Below are positions 26,560-33,672 of a stretch of 64,000 nucleotides of DNA, in pieces. The stretch comes from Proteobacteria bacterium UBA4457 (GTDB lineage Bacteria; Pseudomonadota; Gammaproteobacteria; Ga0077536). The position numbers were made by a program, and so were the translations under genes. The DNA is taken from NCBI GenBank assembly GCA_002390205.1, contig DGOV01000074.1, positions 15,759 to 79,758 on the forward strand, in the 5' to 3' direction. The number at the start of each line of letters is the position of its first letter. Position 1 is the first letter of the stretch. The notes below the pieces were generated by a model. It was given only the letters and a program-made list of their open reading frames with translations, ran no database searches and was not told where the DNA came from.

Positions 26560-29331
26560 ATGGCAAACACCGTTAAGTTGAAGCGTTCAGCAGTACAAGG
26601 CAACGCTCCGTCTACAACAGATTTAGCGCTAGGAGAGCTTGGCCTGAATACCTATGACGGTAAGCTTTTCATGAAGAAAGACGATGGCACAGAGGCCATT
26701 GTGGAGATTGGAGCTGGTGGCACAGAACTGGCTTCGGACACTTCGCCTCAGCTAGGAGGTGACTTGGACATGAATTCCAATTTTATCTCCAGTGGTATTC
26801 TTGGTGTCAAAAACGAGGGGACTCAGTCAGAAATTCGCCTCTATTGTGAATCAAGCAATGCACATTATGCTGCTATCAAAGCTCCTCTTCATAGCAACTT
26901 TAGTGGCGATATTACCTTTACGATGCCTGCAACGGATGGCAGTGCAAATCAAGTCCTCAAGACTGACGGTAGCGGAAACCTTGGTTGGGTAAGTCAAAGT
27001 GGTGGTGGTGGGGGTGGTGCTGCTAGCTCTGTTAGCAATGACACTGGACATCTTTATATCGTTAATGCCACTGGAAACGACGACAGTAATATTTATATTC
27101 AGGCGGTGTCTGGTGAAAACTCTATTGTTTGTCTTGATGATAGTTCTGTAAGGCTTTATTATGATAATGCTTTAAAACTAGAGACAACTTCTACTGGTTT
27201 TAGTGTTACAGGAACAGCATTGGGAAATTTCAAAGTAAATGATGACAATTTTCTAACAGCAGGAACTGGAAATGATTTCCAAATTTATCATGATGGCACT
27301 GCAACTTATCTAGAGAATAATACAGGAAATGTTTATATTAGAAACAATGTAGACGACGTGGATGGTGGCAATATTTATATTCAGGCGGTGTCGGGTGAAA
27401 ACTCTATTGTTTGTTTTGACAACAGTAGTGTAAGGCTTTATTATGATAATGCTTTAAAATTAGAAACAACGTCGTCTGGGTTTAATGTCACGGGAACTGG
27501 GGTAGGAAACTTTAAGGCAGATGATAATGAGTTTCTAACAGCAGGAACTGGTGATGATTTCCAGATCTATCATGATGGCACTGCAACTTATCTAGATAAT
27601 GATACAGGACATATTTACATTAGAAACAATGTAGACGACGGCGATGGCGGTAATATTTACATCCAGGCATTGTCTGGCGAGAATTCTATTATTTGTTACG
27701 ATGATAGTTCTGTAAGGCTTTATTATGATAATGCTTTGAAATTAGAAACAACGTCGTCTGGAGTTAATATTCCAGGAACCTTAACTGTTGGCGTTCTTAA
27801 TTTTCCAGATGGTAATGAGTTAACTTTTGGGGCTAGTAATGATTTTCAGATTTACCATGATGGTGGAACAGGAACCGAGACCAATGATACTTTCCTGGAT
27901 AACAATACAGGTGACCTTTGGATTAGAAATAATGTAGACGACGATGATGGCGGTAATATCTACATTCAGGCCAAAGCTGGTGAATATTCTATTGTTTGTC
28001 ACGATGATGGCGCTGTAAGGTTTTATTATGATAATGGTTTAAAACTAGAGACAACATCGTCTGGATTCAATGTTGCAGGAACCGGTGTTGGCAATTTCAA
28101 GGCAGATGACAACGAATTTTTAACAGCAGGAACCGGGGATGATCTTCAAATCTATCATGATGGAACTGATACTTTCTTAGATAATGACACAGGTCGACTT
28201 TACATCAGAAACAACGTAGCAGCAGATGTAGGTGGAGATATTAGTATTCAAGCTAAATCTGGTGAAAACTCTATATTCTGTTCAGATGATGGCGCTGTAA
28301 GTCTTTATCACGATGCCTCTTTAAAACTTCAAACATCATCTAGTGGTTTCAATGTTACAGGAACTGGTTTTGGTAATTTTAAAGCAGATGATAATGAATT
28401 TTTAACCGCAGGAACTGGTGATGACTTTCAGATTTATCACAATGAGACTAACACTTTCTTAGATAATGATACAGGACATATTTACATTAGAAACAACGTA
28501 GCAGCAGATGTAGGTGGTAATATTTACATCCAGGCTAAGTCCGGTGAAAACTCTATTTCTTGTTTTGACGACGCTGGAGTAACTCTTTATTATGATAATG
28601 CTACAAAATTAGCGACAACTTCTGATGGAGTTACTGTTACTGGAAATCTTGATATGTCTGGTGACAATCAAAAGATATTACTTGGAACTGATAATGACTT
28701 TGAAGCCTATCACGATGGGACCAATACCTACTTAGACAATGATACCGGTGATCTTTTTATCAGGAACAACGTTGCTGCAGATGTAAGCGGAGATATTCAT
28801 ATTCAAGCTAAGTCTGGTGAAGAGAGTATTGTTTGTAATGATGATAGTAGTGTACAACTTTATAACAATAATGTTCTAAGGTTAAATACGTCAACAAGTG
28901 GAGTTACTGTTGCTGGAACAGTAAGTGCTACTGGGTTAGACCTTTCTGGGATGTTGTCTGAGGGGGCTAATATAACTGCAGGAAAGTTAAGTGCTAATAC
29001 TAACATTGATCTTGAGAATGGAATGGTTCATTTGTTCACTACGACAGAAACTGCAACCTCAACACCAAATATAAGATTTAGTTCTAGTTCTTCTCTTAAT
29101 AGTAGTATGGCGATCGGCGATGCAGTTACTGTTGCCTTGATATCAAAAACAGCGGCTGCAGGGTACTCTGCTCAATTGCAAATTGATGGTACCAGCGTAA
29201 CTGAAGAATGGTTAGGTGGATCTGCTCCAAGTACTGGTGGATCAGGTGGGTATGATGTTTATACATATAATATAATCAAAACAGCCGATGCAACTTTCCT
29301 TGTATTGGCAAACTTAGTAAACTTTGCTTAG
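26560..29331 (+). CDS. Repeat-shaft tail fibre (923 aa) with an Mtd_N-like N-terminus
   Basis: The N-terminus 'VKLKRSAVQGNAPSTTDLALGELGLNTYDGKLFMKKDDG' resembles the fibre / major-tropism-determinant N-terminal domain. It is followed by seven ~94-aa tandem repeats. Confidence 0.85.
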   Translation: MANTVKLKRSAVQGNAPSTTDLALGELGLNTYDGKLFMKKDDGTEAIVEIGAGGTELASDTSPQLGGDLDMNSNFISSGILGVKNEGTQSEIRLYCESSNAHYAAIKAPLHSNFSGDITFTMPATDGSANQVLKTDGSGNLGWVSQSGGGGGGAASSVSNDTGHLYIVNATGNDDSNIYIQAVSGENSIVCLDDSSVRLYYDNALKLETTSTGFSVTGTALGNFKVNDDNFLTAGTGNDFQIYHDGTATYLENNTGNVYIRNNVDDVDGGNIYIQAVSGENSIVCFDNSSVRLYYDNALKLETTSSGFNVTGTGVGNFKADDNEFLTAGTGDDFQIYHDGTATYLDNDTGHIYIRNNVDDGDGGNIYIQALSGENSIICYDDSSVRLYYDNALKLETTSSGVNIPGTLTVGVLNFPDGNELTFGASNDFQIYHDGGTGTETNDTFLDNNTGDLWIRNNVDDDDGGNIYIQAKAGEYSIVCHDDGAVRFYYDNGLKLETTSSGFNVAGTGVGNFKADDNEFLTAGTGDDLQIYHDGTDTFLDNDTGRLYIRNNVAADVGGDISIQAKSGENSIFCSDDGAVSLYHDASLKLQTSSSGFNVTGTGFGNFKADDNEFLTAGTGDDFQIYHNETNTFLDNDTGHIYIRNNVAADVGGNIYIQAKSGENSISCFDDAGVTLYYDNATKLATTSDGVTVTGNLDMSGDNQKILLGTDNDFEAYHDGTNTYLDNDTGDLFIRNNVAADVSGDIHIQAKSGEESIVCNDDSSVQLYNNNVLRLNTSTSGVTVAGTVSATGLDLSGMLSEGANITAGKLSANTNIDLENGMVHLFTTTETATSTPNIRFSSSSSLNSSMAIGDAVTVALISKTAAAGYSAQLQIDGTSVTEEWLGGSAPSTGGSGGYDVYTYNIIKTADATFLVLANLVNFA
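27030..28930 (+). repeat. In-frame tandem coding repeat, 7 units of ~282 bp (94 aa)
   Basis: Unit starts (codon N/D of 'NIYIQA') are at 27088, 27370, 27652, 27955, 28237, 28519 and 28792. Spacings are 282, 282, 303, 282, 282 and 273 nt. Units 1 and 2 are close to identical at the DNA level. Confidence 0.9.
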
Positions 29332-29339
29332 AGGTAACC

Positions 29340-29993
29340 ATGTCACCACCGCTTACAATGCTAGGGATGTCTGGCCCCGTCAGTACGCTCTCTTCCGCAG
29401 TAGCCGAAGCAGGAGGGACTGGAACAGCTCAGGTCAGTTTTAAATATCACATGTACGGTGCCGACATGGGTACTGTTTACCTCTACTGGGAAAGCGGTAG
29501 TACATATACATTGCTTTGGTCGAAGGCCGGTCAACAGCATACGGGGCACACTTACCCCTGGACCGTAGGAAATAGCAGCACTACCTTAAACGGAAAGGCG
29601 GGAGAAACGGGAAAACTTGTTTTGGTCTATTTTAAGGGTGCGAATAAAGGGTATAGAGGTGATGCAGCTTTTTGCGAAATCGAGCTATCAAGAAGCACTG
29701 GTTCCACGGTTGGCCTTAGTGGCGCTCCTCTTTGGAAAACCACTGCTTCGAATTCATCGGTATCGAGCTTGACTTCCGCTAGATCCAGGAGTGCCACAAG
29801 TACAGTCTCAGCTAACTCCAATAGTACTTGGTCTTATGATGCCGGCGGACCTACTCCAAGTGCTAACACTGGACCAGATAAACATCACAACAATCTTGAT
29901 TACTGGGATTACATTTATTTTGAAGCCTCAGGCACCACGAGTAGTGCTGATAGGTACTATACGATGAGAACTGCGAACTCTTACACTCTTTAG
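29340..29993 (+). CDS. MAM-like domain protein (217 aa), apparently circularly permuted
   Basis: 'VSFKYHMYGADMGTVYLY...LLWSKAGQQ...GYRGDAAFCEIEL' matches the C-terminal half of a MAM domain. It precedes 'WSYDAGGPTPSANTGPDKHH...YIYFEASG', which matches the N-terminal half. Confidence 0.6.
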   Translation: MSPPLTMLGMSGPVSTLSSAVAEAGGTGTAQVSFKYHMYGADMGTVYLYWESGSTYTLLWSKAGQQHTGHTYPWTVGNSSTTLNGKAGETGKLVLVYFKGANKGYRGDAAFCEIELSRSTGSTVGLSGAPLWKTTASNSSVSSLTSARSRSATSTVSANSNSTWSYDAGGPTPSANTGPDKHHNNLDYWDYIYFEASGTTSSADRYYTMRTANSYTL

Positions 29994-29997
29994 GAAT

Positions 29998-30168
29998 ATG
30001 TCATTCGATACTCTATTCAACCTAAATCATCAGCTGGGTGATGAAAACCCACAAGATGATTTTGAAGTCATTCAGTCAATGACAAAAGAAGAATCGCTTG
30101 CCTATATTGATGCAGAAGGAACAATCACAACAGAGGAGATCCTTGCTCTAGCGGATCAATTGAGGTAA
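29998..30168 (+). CDS. Hypothetical acidic protein (56 aa)
   Basis: ATG lies 5 nt after the upstream stop. Translates as MSFDTLFNLNHQLGDENPQDDFEV... It is below the ORF-track length cut-off. Confidence 0.4.
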   Translation: MSFDTLFNLNHQLGDENPQDDFEVIQSMTKEESLAYIDAEGTITTEEILALADQLR

Positions 30169-30232
30169 TACGGAAAAGCTACTTCGGAATCCTAAGAAGC
30201 GATTGAATCAGCTCTTTCTTCTACTAAGTATC

Positions 30233-30586
30233 ATGGCACATTTAAAGAAACTTCCTACATACTTTGTCAAAGGCGATCAGCGTAGGTCCGCTTATTTTAC
30301 AGTTCAGGCCTCCGAGCTTTTAGCAAAAGGGTTCGTCGAAGAAGGCGAGAAAGCTGCTACAGCGAAACCTATTGAAAGACAGCCTGAAATTATTGTCGAA
30401 GCAGGCTCTACAGCTTACGACACAACTGACGCTCTTCAGGAGCCCCAGTCGGACGGCGAAACACTGGAAGAAATGACCAAAGCAGAACTATTGGATTGGG
30501 CTTTAGATAACGGAGAAGATTTAAAAAATAACCAACCAAAATCTGAAATCTTTGCTAGATGTAAGGAGATCGAAAATAATCAGTAA
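30233..30586 (+). CDS. Hypothetical protein
   Basis: ORF in the track from TTG 30203. ATG 30233 (MAHLKKLPTYF) is preferred. No recognisable motif. Confidence 0.5.
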   Translation: MAHLKKLPTYFVKGDQRRSAYFTVQASELLAKGFVEEGEKAATAKPIERQPEIIVEAGSTAYDTTDALQEPQSDGETLEEMTKAELLDWALDNGEDLKNNQPKSEIFARCKEIENNQ

Positions 30587-30616
30587 GTTTTATTAAAAAT
30601 ACAGCAAAGGAAAAAA

Positions 30617-30802
30617 ATGAGCCACTTCTCTATTGAGCACAGCATTGGACCTCGATATATTGATGGAGTTAACATCGATGCAGACGTTAATGCTACCGTC
30701 GATATTAAGGTAACAGAGCTGGAGGTATCGGCTGCTGTGACAGGTTTATTCGGGAAGGGATACGAACCAGGTCAGAAAAATAAAGACGGAGGAGACCTAT
30801 GA
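30617..30802 (+). CDS. Hypothetical protein (61 aa)
   Basis: RBS 'aaagga' upstream. Its stop overlaps the next start (ATGA). Confidence 0.45.
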   Translation: MSHFSIEHSIGPRYIDGVNIDADVNATVDIKVTELEVSAAVTGLFGKGYEPGQKNKDGGDL

Positions 30803-30999
30803 TTTCCGCTACCTGTCATGAATCAAAATGCAAAAAGATACAAAAGGAGGTCCGAGCGCAACTCCTGATTTTTGCAACAGTGAATTACTTATTAGGCTTT
30901 GGAACATTTTTTCTCTTGTTTTACAGTGAGCCGCATCCTTCTTCTGATCTTTTCAAAAACGGGGCAATCCATCCTGTTCTCTTAGTCAAAAGCAAATGA
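30799..30999 (+). CDS. Small membrane protein (66 aa, one TM); holin-like candidate
   Basis: Hydrophobic helix 'LLIFATVNYLLGFGTFFLLFY'. ATGA-coupled to the upstream gene. Confidence 0.4.
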   Translation: MISATCHESKCKKIQKEVRAQLLIFATVNYLLGFGTFFLLFYSEPHPSSDLFKNGAIHPVLLVKSK

Positions 31000-31026
31000 G
31001 CAAGATTACTCTTATTGTTTTTTCAA

Positions 31027-31035
31027 GGTAAACTA
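31027..31035 (+). promoter_or_regulatory. GGTAAACTA box 8 nt upstream of ATG 31044
   Basis: Exact copy of the 9-mer at 206, 52065 and 54292. Confidence 0.4.
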
Positions 31036-31043
31036 GTAGTGTA

Positions 31044-31361
31044 ATGACTTTTTTGCTGATGCCTGAGTACGTCCTTAGCGCTATGATAGCTGGGCTTCTT
31101 GGCTGGGGCGGATTTACCTGGAGAAAAGCTGAATCTGCAATCCTGGAGGCTCGGTCTGCGACAGATAAAACTGACAGACTTGAACTAAAGGTTGCTGAAA
31201 ACTACCTAACAAAAAAAGAGTTTGAGCACTCTATGGATCGTTTATTCAAAACACTCGCAAGATTCGAAGAGAAGCTCGACTATCATGTATACGAGCAGGA
31301 TCAAACCATTAATCGTCTGCGTTCTCAGCTTTCTAAGAATAACGACGGAAACCTATTTTGA
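31044..31361 (+). CDS. N-terminal-TM + coiled-coil protein (105 aa); i-spanin-like candidate
   Basis: TM helix 'VLSAMIAGLLGWGGFTW' followed by a helical charged region. Confidence 0.4.
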   Translation: MTFLLMPEYVLSAMIAGLLGWGGFTWRKAESAILEARSATDKTDRLELKVAENYLTKKEFEHSMDRLFKTLARFEEKLDYHVYEQDQTINRLRSQLSKNNDGNLF

Positions 31362-31382
31362 ATTGCTTCGCGTAACTTTCCT

Positions 31383-31703
31383 ATGGCTGCAAAGAAAAGG
31401 AAAACAGCGGACTTTTATAAGTCCAACCCAGAGTCATACAAGAAAAAGCTTGCCTATGACGCAAAGTATAACTCTTCATTATCTAAGAAAAAATATCGAG
31501 CTGAACTAGCTAAAGAGCGAAGAGCTCGCGGCATTATGGGAAAAGGAGGTCCTGATGTTTCTCATGCTAAAGGCGGTAAATTCAAGCTTGAAAATCCTTC
31601 AGCGAATCGCGCTCGAAATGGTCACGGCAAAAACAAACGATTAGCCGAAGGAGGGACTAGACGCAAGTCAAAGCCTGGATATAAGCCTCGGGGTAAAAAA
31701 TAA
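31383..31703 (+). CDS. Highly basic small protein A (106 aa)
   Basis: Lys/Arg-rich ('MAAKKRKTADFYKSNPESYKKKLAYDAKYN...RKSKPGYKPRGKK'). First of five consecutive basic proteins. Confidence 0.6.
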   Translation: MAAKKRKTADFYKSNPESYKKKLAYDAKYNSSLSKKKYRAELAKERRARGIMGKGGPDVSHAKGGKFKLENPSANRARNGHGKNKRLAEGGTRRKSKPGYKPRGKK

Positions 31704-32086
31704 TGACTACTTCAAAGAAGACAAAGCCCGAACTGTGGTCCAGGAAAGTTTCTGCGGCTAAAAATAAATTTGGCAAATGGTCCGCTCGCGCTGCTCAGTG
31801 GGCCACCAAAGAGTATAAGAAGGCTGGAGGTAGATACAAAGGAGTCAAGTCTTCAGGTAATTCTTTAAGTAAATGGACGAAACAAAAATGGCGCACTCGC
31901 GATGGTAAACCTGCTAAAAGGAGTGGAGGCACAGCTCGTTATCTACCCGATAAAGCCTGGAAGGGTTTAAGTAAATCCGAAGCAAGAGCTACTGATGCCA
32001 AAAAGCGTCAAGGTGGTCGCAAAGGTAAGGGAACAGTCTCCAACACTCGGAAAGCTATGAAAGCCAGTAAACGCGCAAGGAACTAG
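31703..32086 (+). CDS. Highly basic small protein B (127 aa)
   Basis: TAATG overlap with protein A. Contains 'KWSARAAQWATKEYKKAGGRYKG...RYLPDKAWKGLSKSE...KKRQGGRKGKG'. Confidence 0.6.
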   Translation: MTTSKKTKPELWSRKVSAAKNKFGKWSARAAQWATKEYKKAGGRYKGVKSSGNSLSKWTKQKWRTRDGKPAKRSGGTARYLPDKAWKGLSKSEARATDAKKRQGGRKGKGTVSNTRKAMKASKRARN

Positions 32087-32090
32087 TCTT

Positions 32091-32210
32091 ATGCCTCTGA
32101 TCAACGGTAAAGAGTTTCCCTACACTAAGAAGGGCAAAGCCGCAGCCAAGAAAGCCGCGGCAAAAAAAGCCACAGCTAAAAAGACTTCAACAAAGAAAGG
32201 GGGGAAATGA
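32091..32210 (+). CDS. Highly basic peptide C (39 aa), H1-like AKK repeats
   Basis: Sequence MPLINGKEFPYTKKGKAAAKKAAAKKATAKKTSTKKGGK. ATGA overlap with the next gene. Below the ORF-track cut-off. Confidence 0.5.
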   Translation: MPLINGKEFPYTKKGKAAAKKAAAKKATAKKTSTKKGGK

Positions 32211-32503
32211 TGGCTGGTAACAAAAAAGACTCTAGGCTTGCTAAGAATAACTTGTCTGGTTTCAATAAGCCGAAAAGAACTCCAGGCCATCCAAAAAAAA
32301 GTCACGTCGTTCTTGCAAAAGAAGGCAGCCGAATCAAGCTAATTCGTTTCGGAGAACAAGGAGCCAAGACAGCAGGCAAGCCAAAGAAAGGAGAATCTGC
32401 TAGGATGAAAGCTAAAAGAAAAAGCTTTAAAGCTCGTCATGGGAAAAATATAGCTAAAGGTAAAATGAGTGCAGCCTACTGGGCTAATAAATCTAAATGG
32501 TAA
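32207..32503 (+). CDS. Highly basic small protein D (98 aa)
   Basis: Contains 'IKLIRFGEQGAKTAGKPKK...RKSFKARHGKNIAKGKMSAAYWANKSKW'. I recall this pattern from small conserved phage and giant-virus proteins, but I have not verified that. Confidence 0.6.
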   Translation: MMAGNKKDSRLAKNNLSGFNKPKRTPGHPKKSHVVLAKEGSRIKLIRFGEQGAKTAGKPKKGESARMKAKRKSFKARHGKNIAKGKMSAAYWANKSKW

Positions 32504-32522
32504 CACTTCAAAAAGGAACACT

Positions 32523-32738
32523 ATGCCGTTAACATCTATCACCTCAAAAGCTACCATGTACAACAGCAAAAAAGACGCTACCAAGGGAAGCACTGCAAAA
32601 AAAAGCACCGCTAAAGGCAAACGAGTCTTGAAAAACGCTCCAAAAAGAGGTTCCGCAAAAAAGCGTAGTCCTGAATTCTTGAAAGGTATAGAAGAACTTA
32701 AGAAGCGGGCTGCGAGTCTAAAAGCTAAGAGCAAGTGA
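32523..32738 (+). CDS. Highly basic small protein E (71 aa)
   Basis: ATG at 32523 with RBS 'aaagga' (the track starts earlier, at 32469). Sequence 'MPLTSITSK...KKSTAKGKRVLKNAPKRGSAKKRS...'. Confidence 0.55.
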   Translation: MPLTSITSKATMYNSKKDATKGSTAKKSTAKGKRVLKNAPKRGSAKKRSPEFLKGIEELKKRAASLKAKSK

Positions 32739-32965
32739 CAACTAGGCCTCCTTATCAGAAGCAAAGCATAGCATTTGTTCTACTTGGCGTTTTAATGGTA
32801 TTTCACCTTGGTTTTTTGGGGCTTACGGCTAAATACTGCGGGAGCACCTTGGCTGATAAGGAGCCTTCAGAGCAATGCAGTCGCTCAACCGAAAGCTTTC
32901 AGAGGGCTTCGGAGACTTATGTAGCCATCCTTTTAGCCCTCATGGCTCCCACACCCGGCCAATAG
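32735..32965 (+). CDS. Small membrane protein (76 aa, 2 TM)
   Basis: GTG start overlapping the upstream stop. Helices 'IAFVLLGVLMVFHLGFLGL' and 'YVAILLALMAP'. Confidence 0.4.
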   Translation: MTTRPPYQKQSIAFVLLGVLMVFHLGFLGLTAKYCGSTLADKEPSEQCSRSTESFQRASETYVAILLALMAPTPGQ

Positions 32966-32969
32966 CCAT

Positions 32970-33167
32970 TCAAGCCCAAGGCCATCCCAGTTCGACGTCT
33001 CCTTTCCATAGCTCTGGGTCAACAGGGTTGACTGCTACAAATTCACGAAAAATTCGCTGCATTTCTTCTAGAGAAATCTCCAATTGATTTGCCATAAGCT
33101 TGACATTGCTTTGTCCCTTGAATAAGACCTGACATGCTTCAAGGTTCGTGATCTTCGGTAAGCTCAT
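32970..33167 (-). CDS. Hypothetical protein (65 aa), last gene of the minus-strand cassette
   Basis: ORF in the track. Overlaps the upstream minus-strand gene by 29 nt. Confidence 0.45.
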   Translation of the reverse strand: MSLPKITNLEACQVLFKGQSNVKLMANQLEISLEEMQRIFREFVAVNPVDPELWKGDVELGWPWA

Positions 33168-33447
33168 AGGTTAAACCCATCACTCCGCCGAGCGGAGTTT
33201 CTCCTTGTTCCTGTTCCCAGTATACTGGGCTGACCATTTCGACTGGCTTCGAATTCAACTCTTTGATCTGCCGATCAACCTCATTCATGGTTGATTGCGT
33301 ACGGAACTCAACCCAAACGTCAAACCATCTATCATGGATTTTCCTCAGCCAGGTATTTGTTCGGTAAAGGCCCCGGTCCCAAAAGCGACGAATCACTTCT
33401 ACCACTAGGGCCATCGTGACCTTTTCGAGGGTCATTCTTTTATTCAT
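33139..33447 (-). CDS. Hypothetical protein (102 aa), minus-strand cassette
   Basis: ORF in the track. Trp/Arg-rich N-terminal half. No recognisable motif. Confidence 0.5.
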   Translation of the reverse strand: MNKRMTLEKVTMALVVEVIRRFWDRGLYRTNTWLRKIHDRWFDVWVEFRTQSTMNEVDRQIKELNSKPVEMVSPVYWEQEQGETPLGGVMGLTYELTEDHEP

Positions 33448-33586
33448 CTTTTTCTGGACTGCGAGGAAAGACTTCCCTCAGAACTTCGATAATCTCCTGA
33501 ACCACTCCATTCCCTTTCAAGGGAGTGTAGGGAAGAATTTCAGAAAGAACAAGCAATAGCAATGCGGCAGCGGCTGTGAATTCCAT
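33440..33586 (-). CDS. Small membrane peptide (48 aa), first gene of the minus-strand cassette
   Basis: Sequence MEFTAAAALLLLVLSEILPYTPLKG... Its stop overlaps ATG 33447 of the next gene. A promoter-like box lies 22 nt upstream. Confidence 0.4.
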   Translation of the reverse strand: MEFTAAAALLLLVLSEILPYTPLKGNGVVQEIIEVLREVFPRSPEKDE

Positions 33587-33608
33587 GGCTTTACTCCGAT
33601 GTACTCAA

Positions 33609-33618
33609 TTATATTACC
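33609..33618 (-). promoter_or_regulatory. Promoter-like box GGTAATATAA (minus strand) for the three-gene cassette
   Basis: The reverse complement of TTATATTACC, preceded by T (TGGTAATAT, i.e. extended -10). The same core occurs at 23146 and 60317. Confidence 0.4.
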
Positions 33619-33672
33619 ATCTAACACGATAAGATTGAATAGGCAGCCTACATCATTCTTTTCAGGGATTAG

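Noticed and set aside
26560-26720. The Mtd_N-like N-terminus suggested a diversity-generating retroelement (DGR).
   Set aside because: No ORF in the window has reverse-transcriptase (YxDD) motifs. I could not find a template/variable repeat pair at any fibre 3' end. The Mtd_N-type domain is common in ordinary fibres.
27030-28930. I considered whether the regular ~282-bp repeats could be a CRISPR-like or non-coding satellite array.
   Set aside because: The repeats are in frame within one long ORF. The units are much longer than CRISPR repeats, there are no unique spacers, and they translate into a coherent 94-aa protein repeat.
32339-32764. A 141-aa hydrophobic ORF on the minus strand, opposite the basic-protein genes.
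   Set aside because: It is a compositional artefact. AAG/AAA/GCN-rich sense codons read as Phe/Leu-rich antisense. The sense genes have RBSs and coupled starts.
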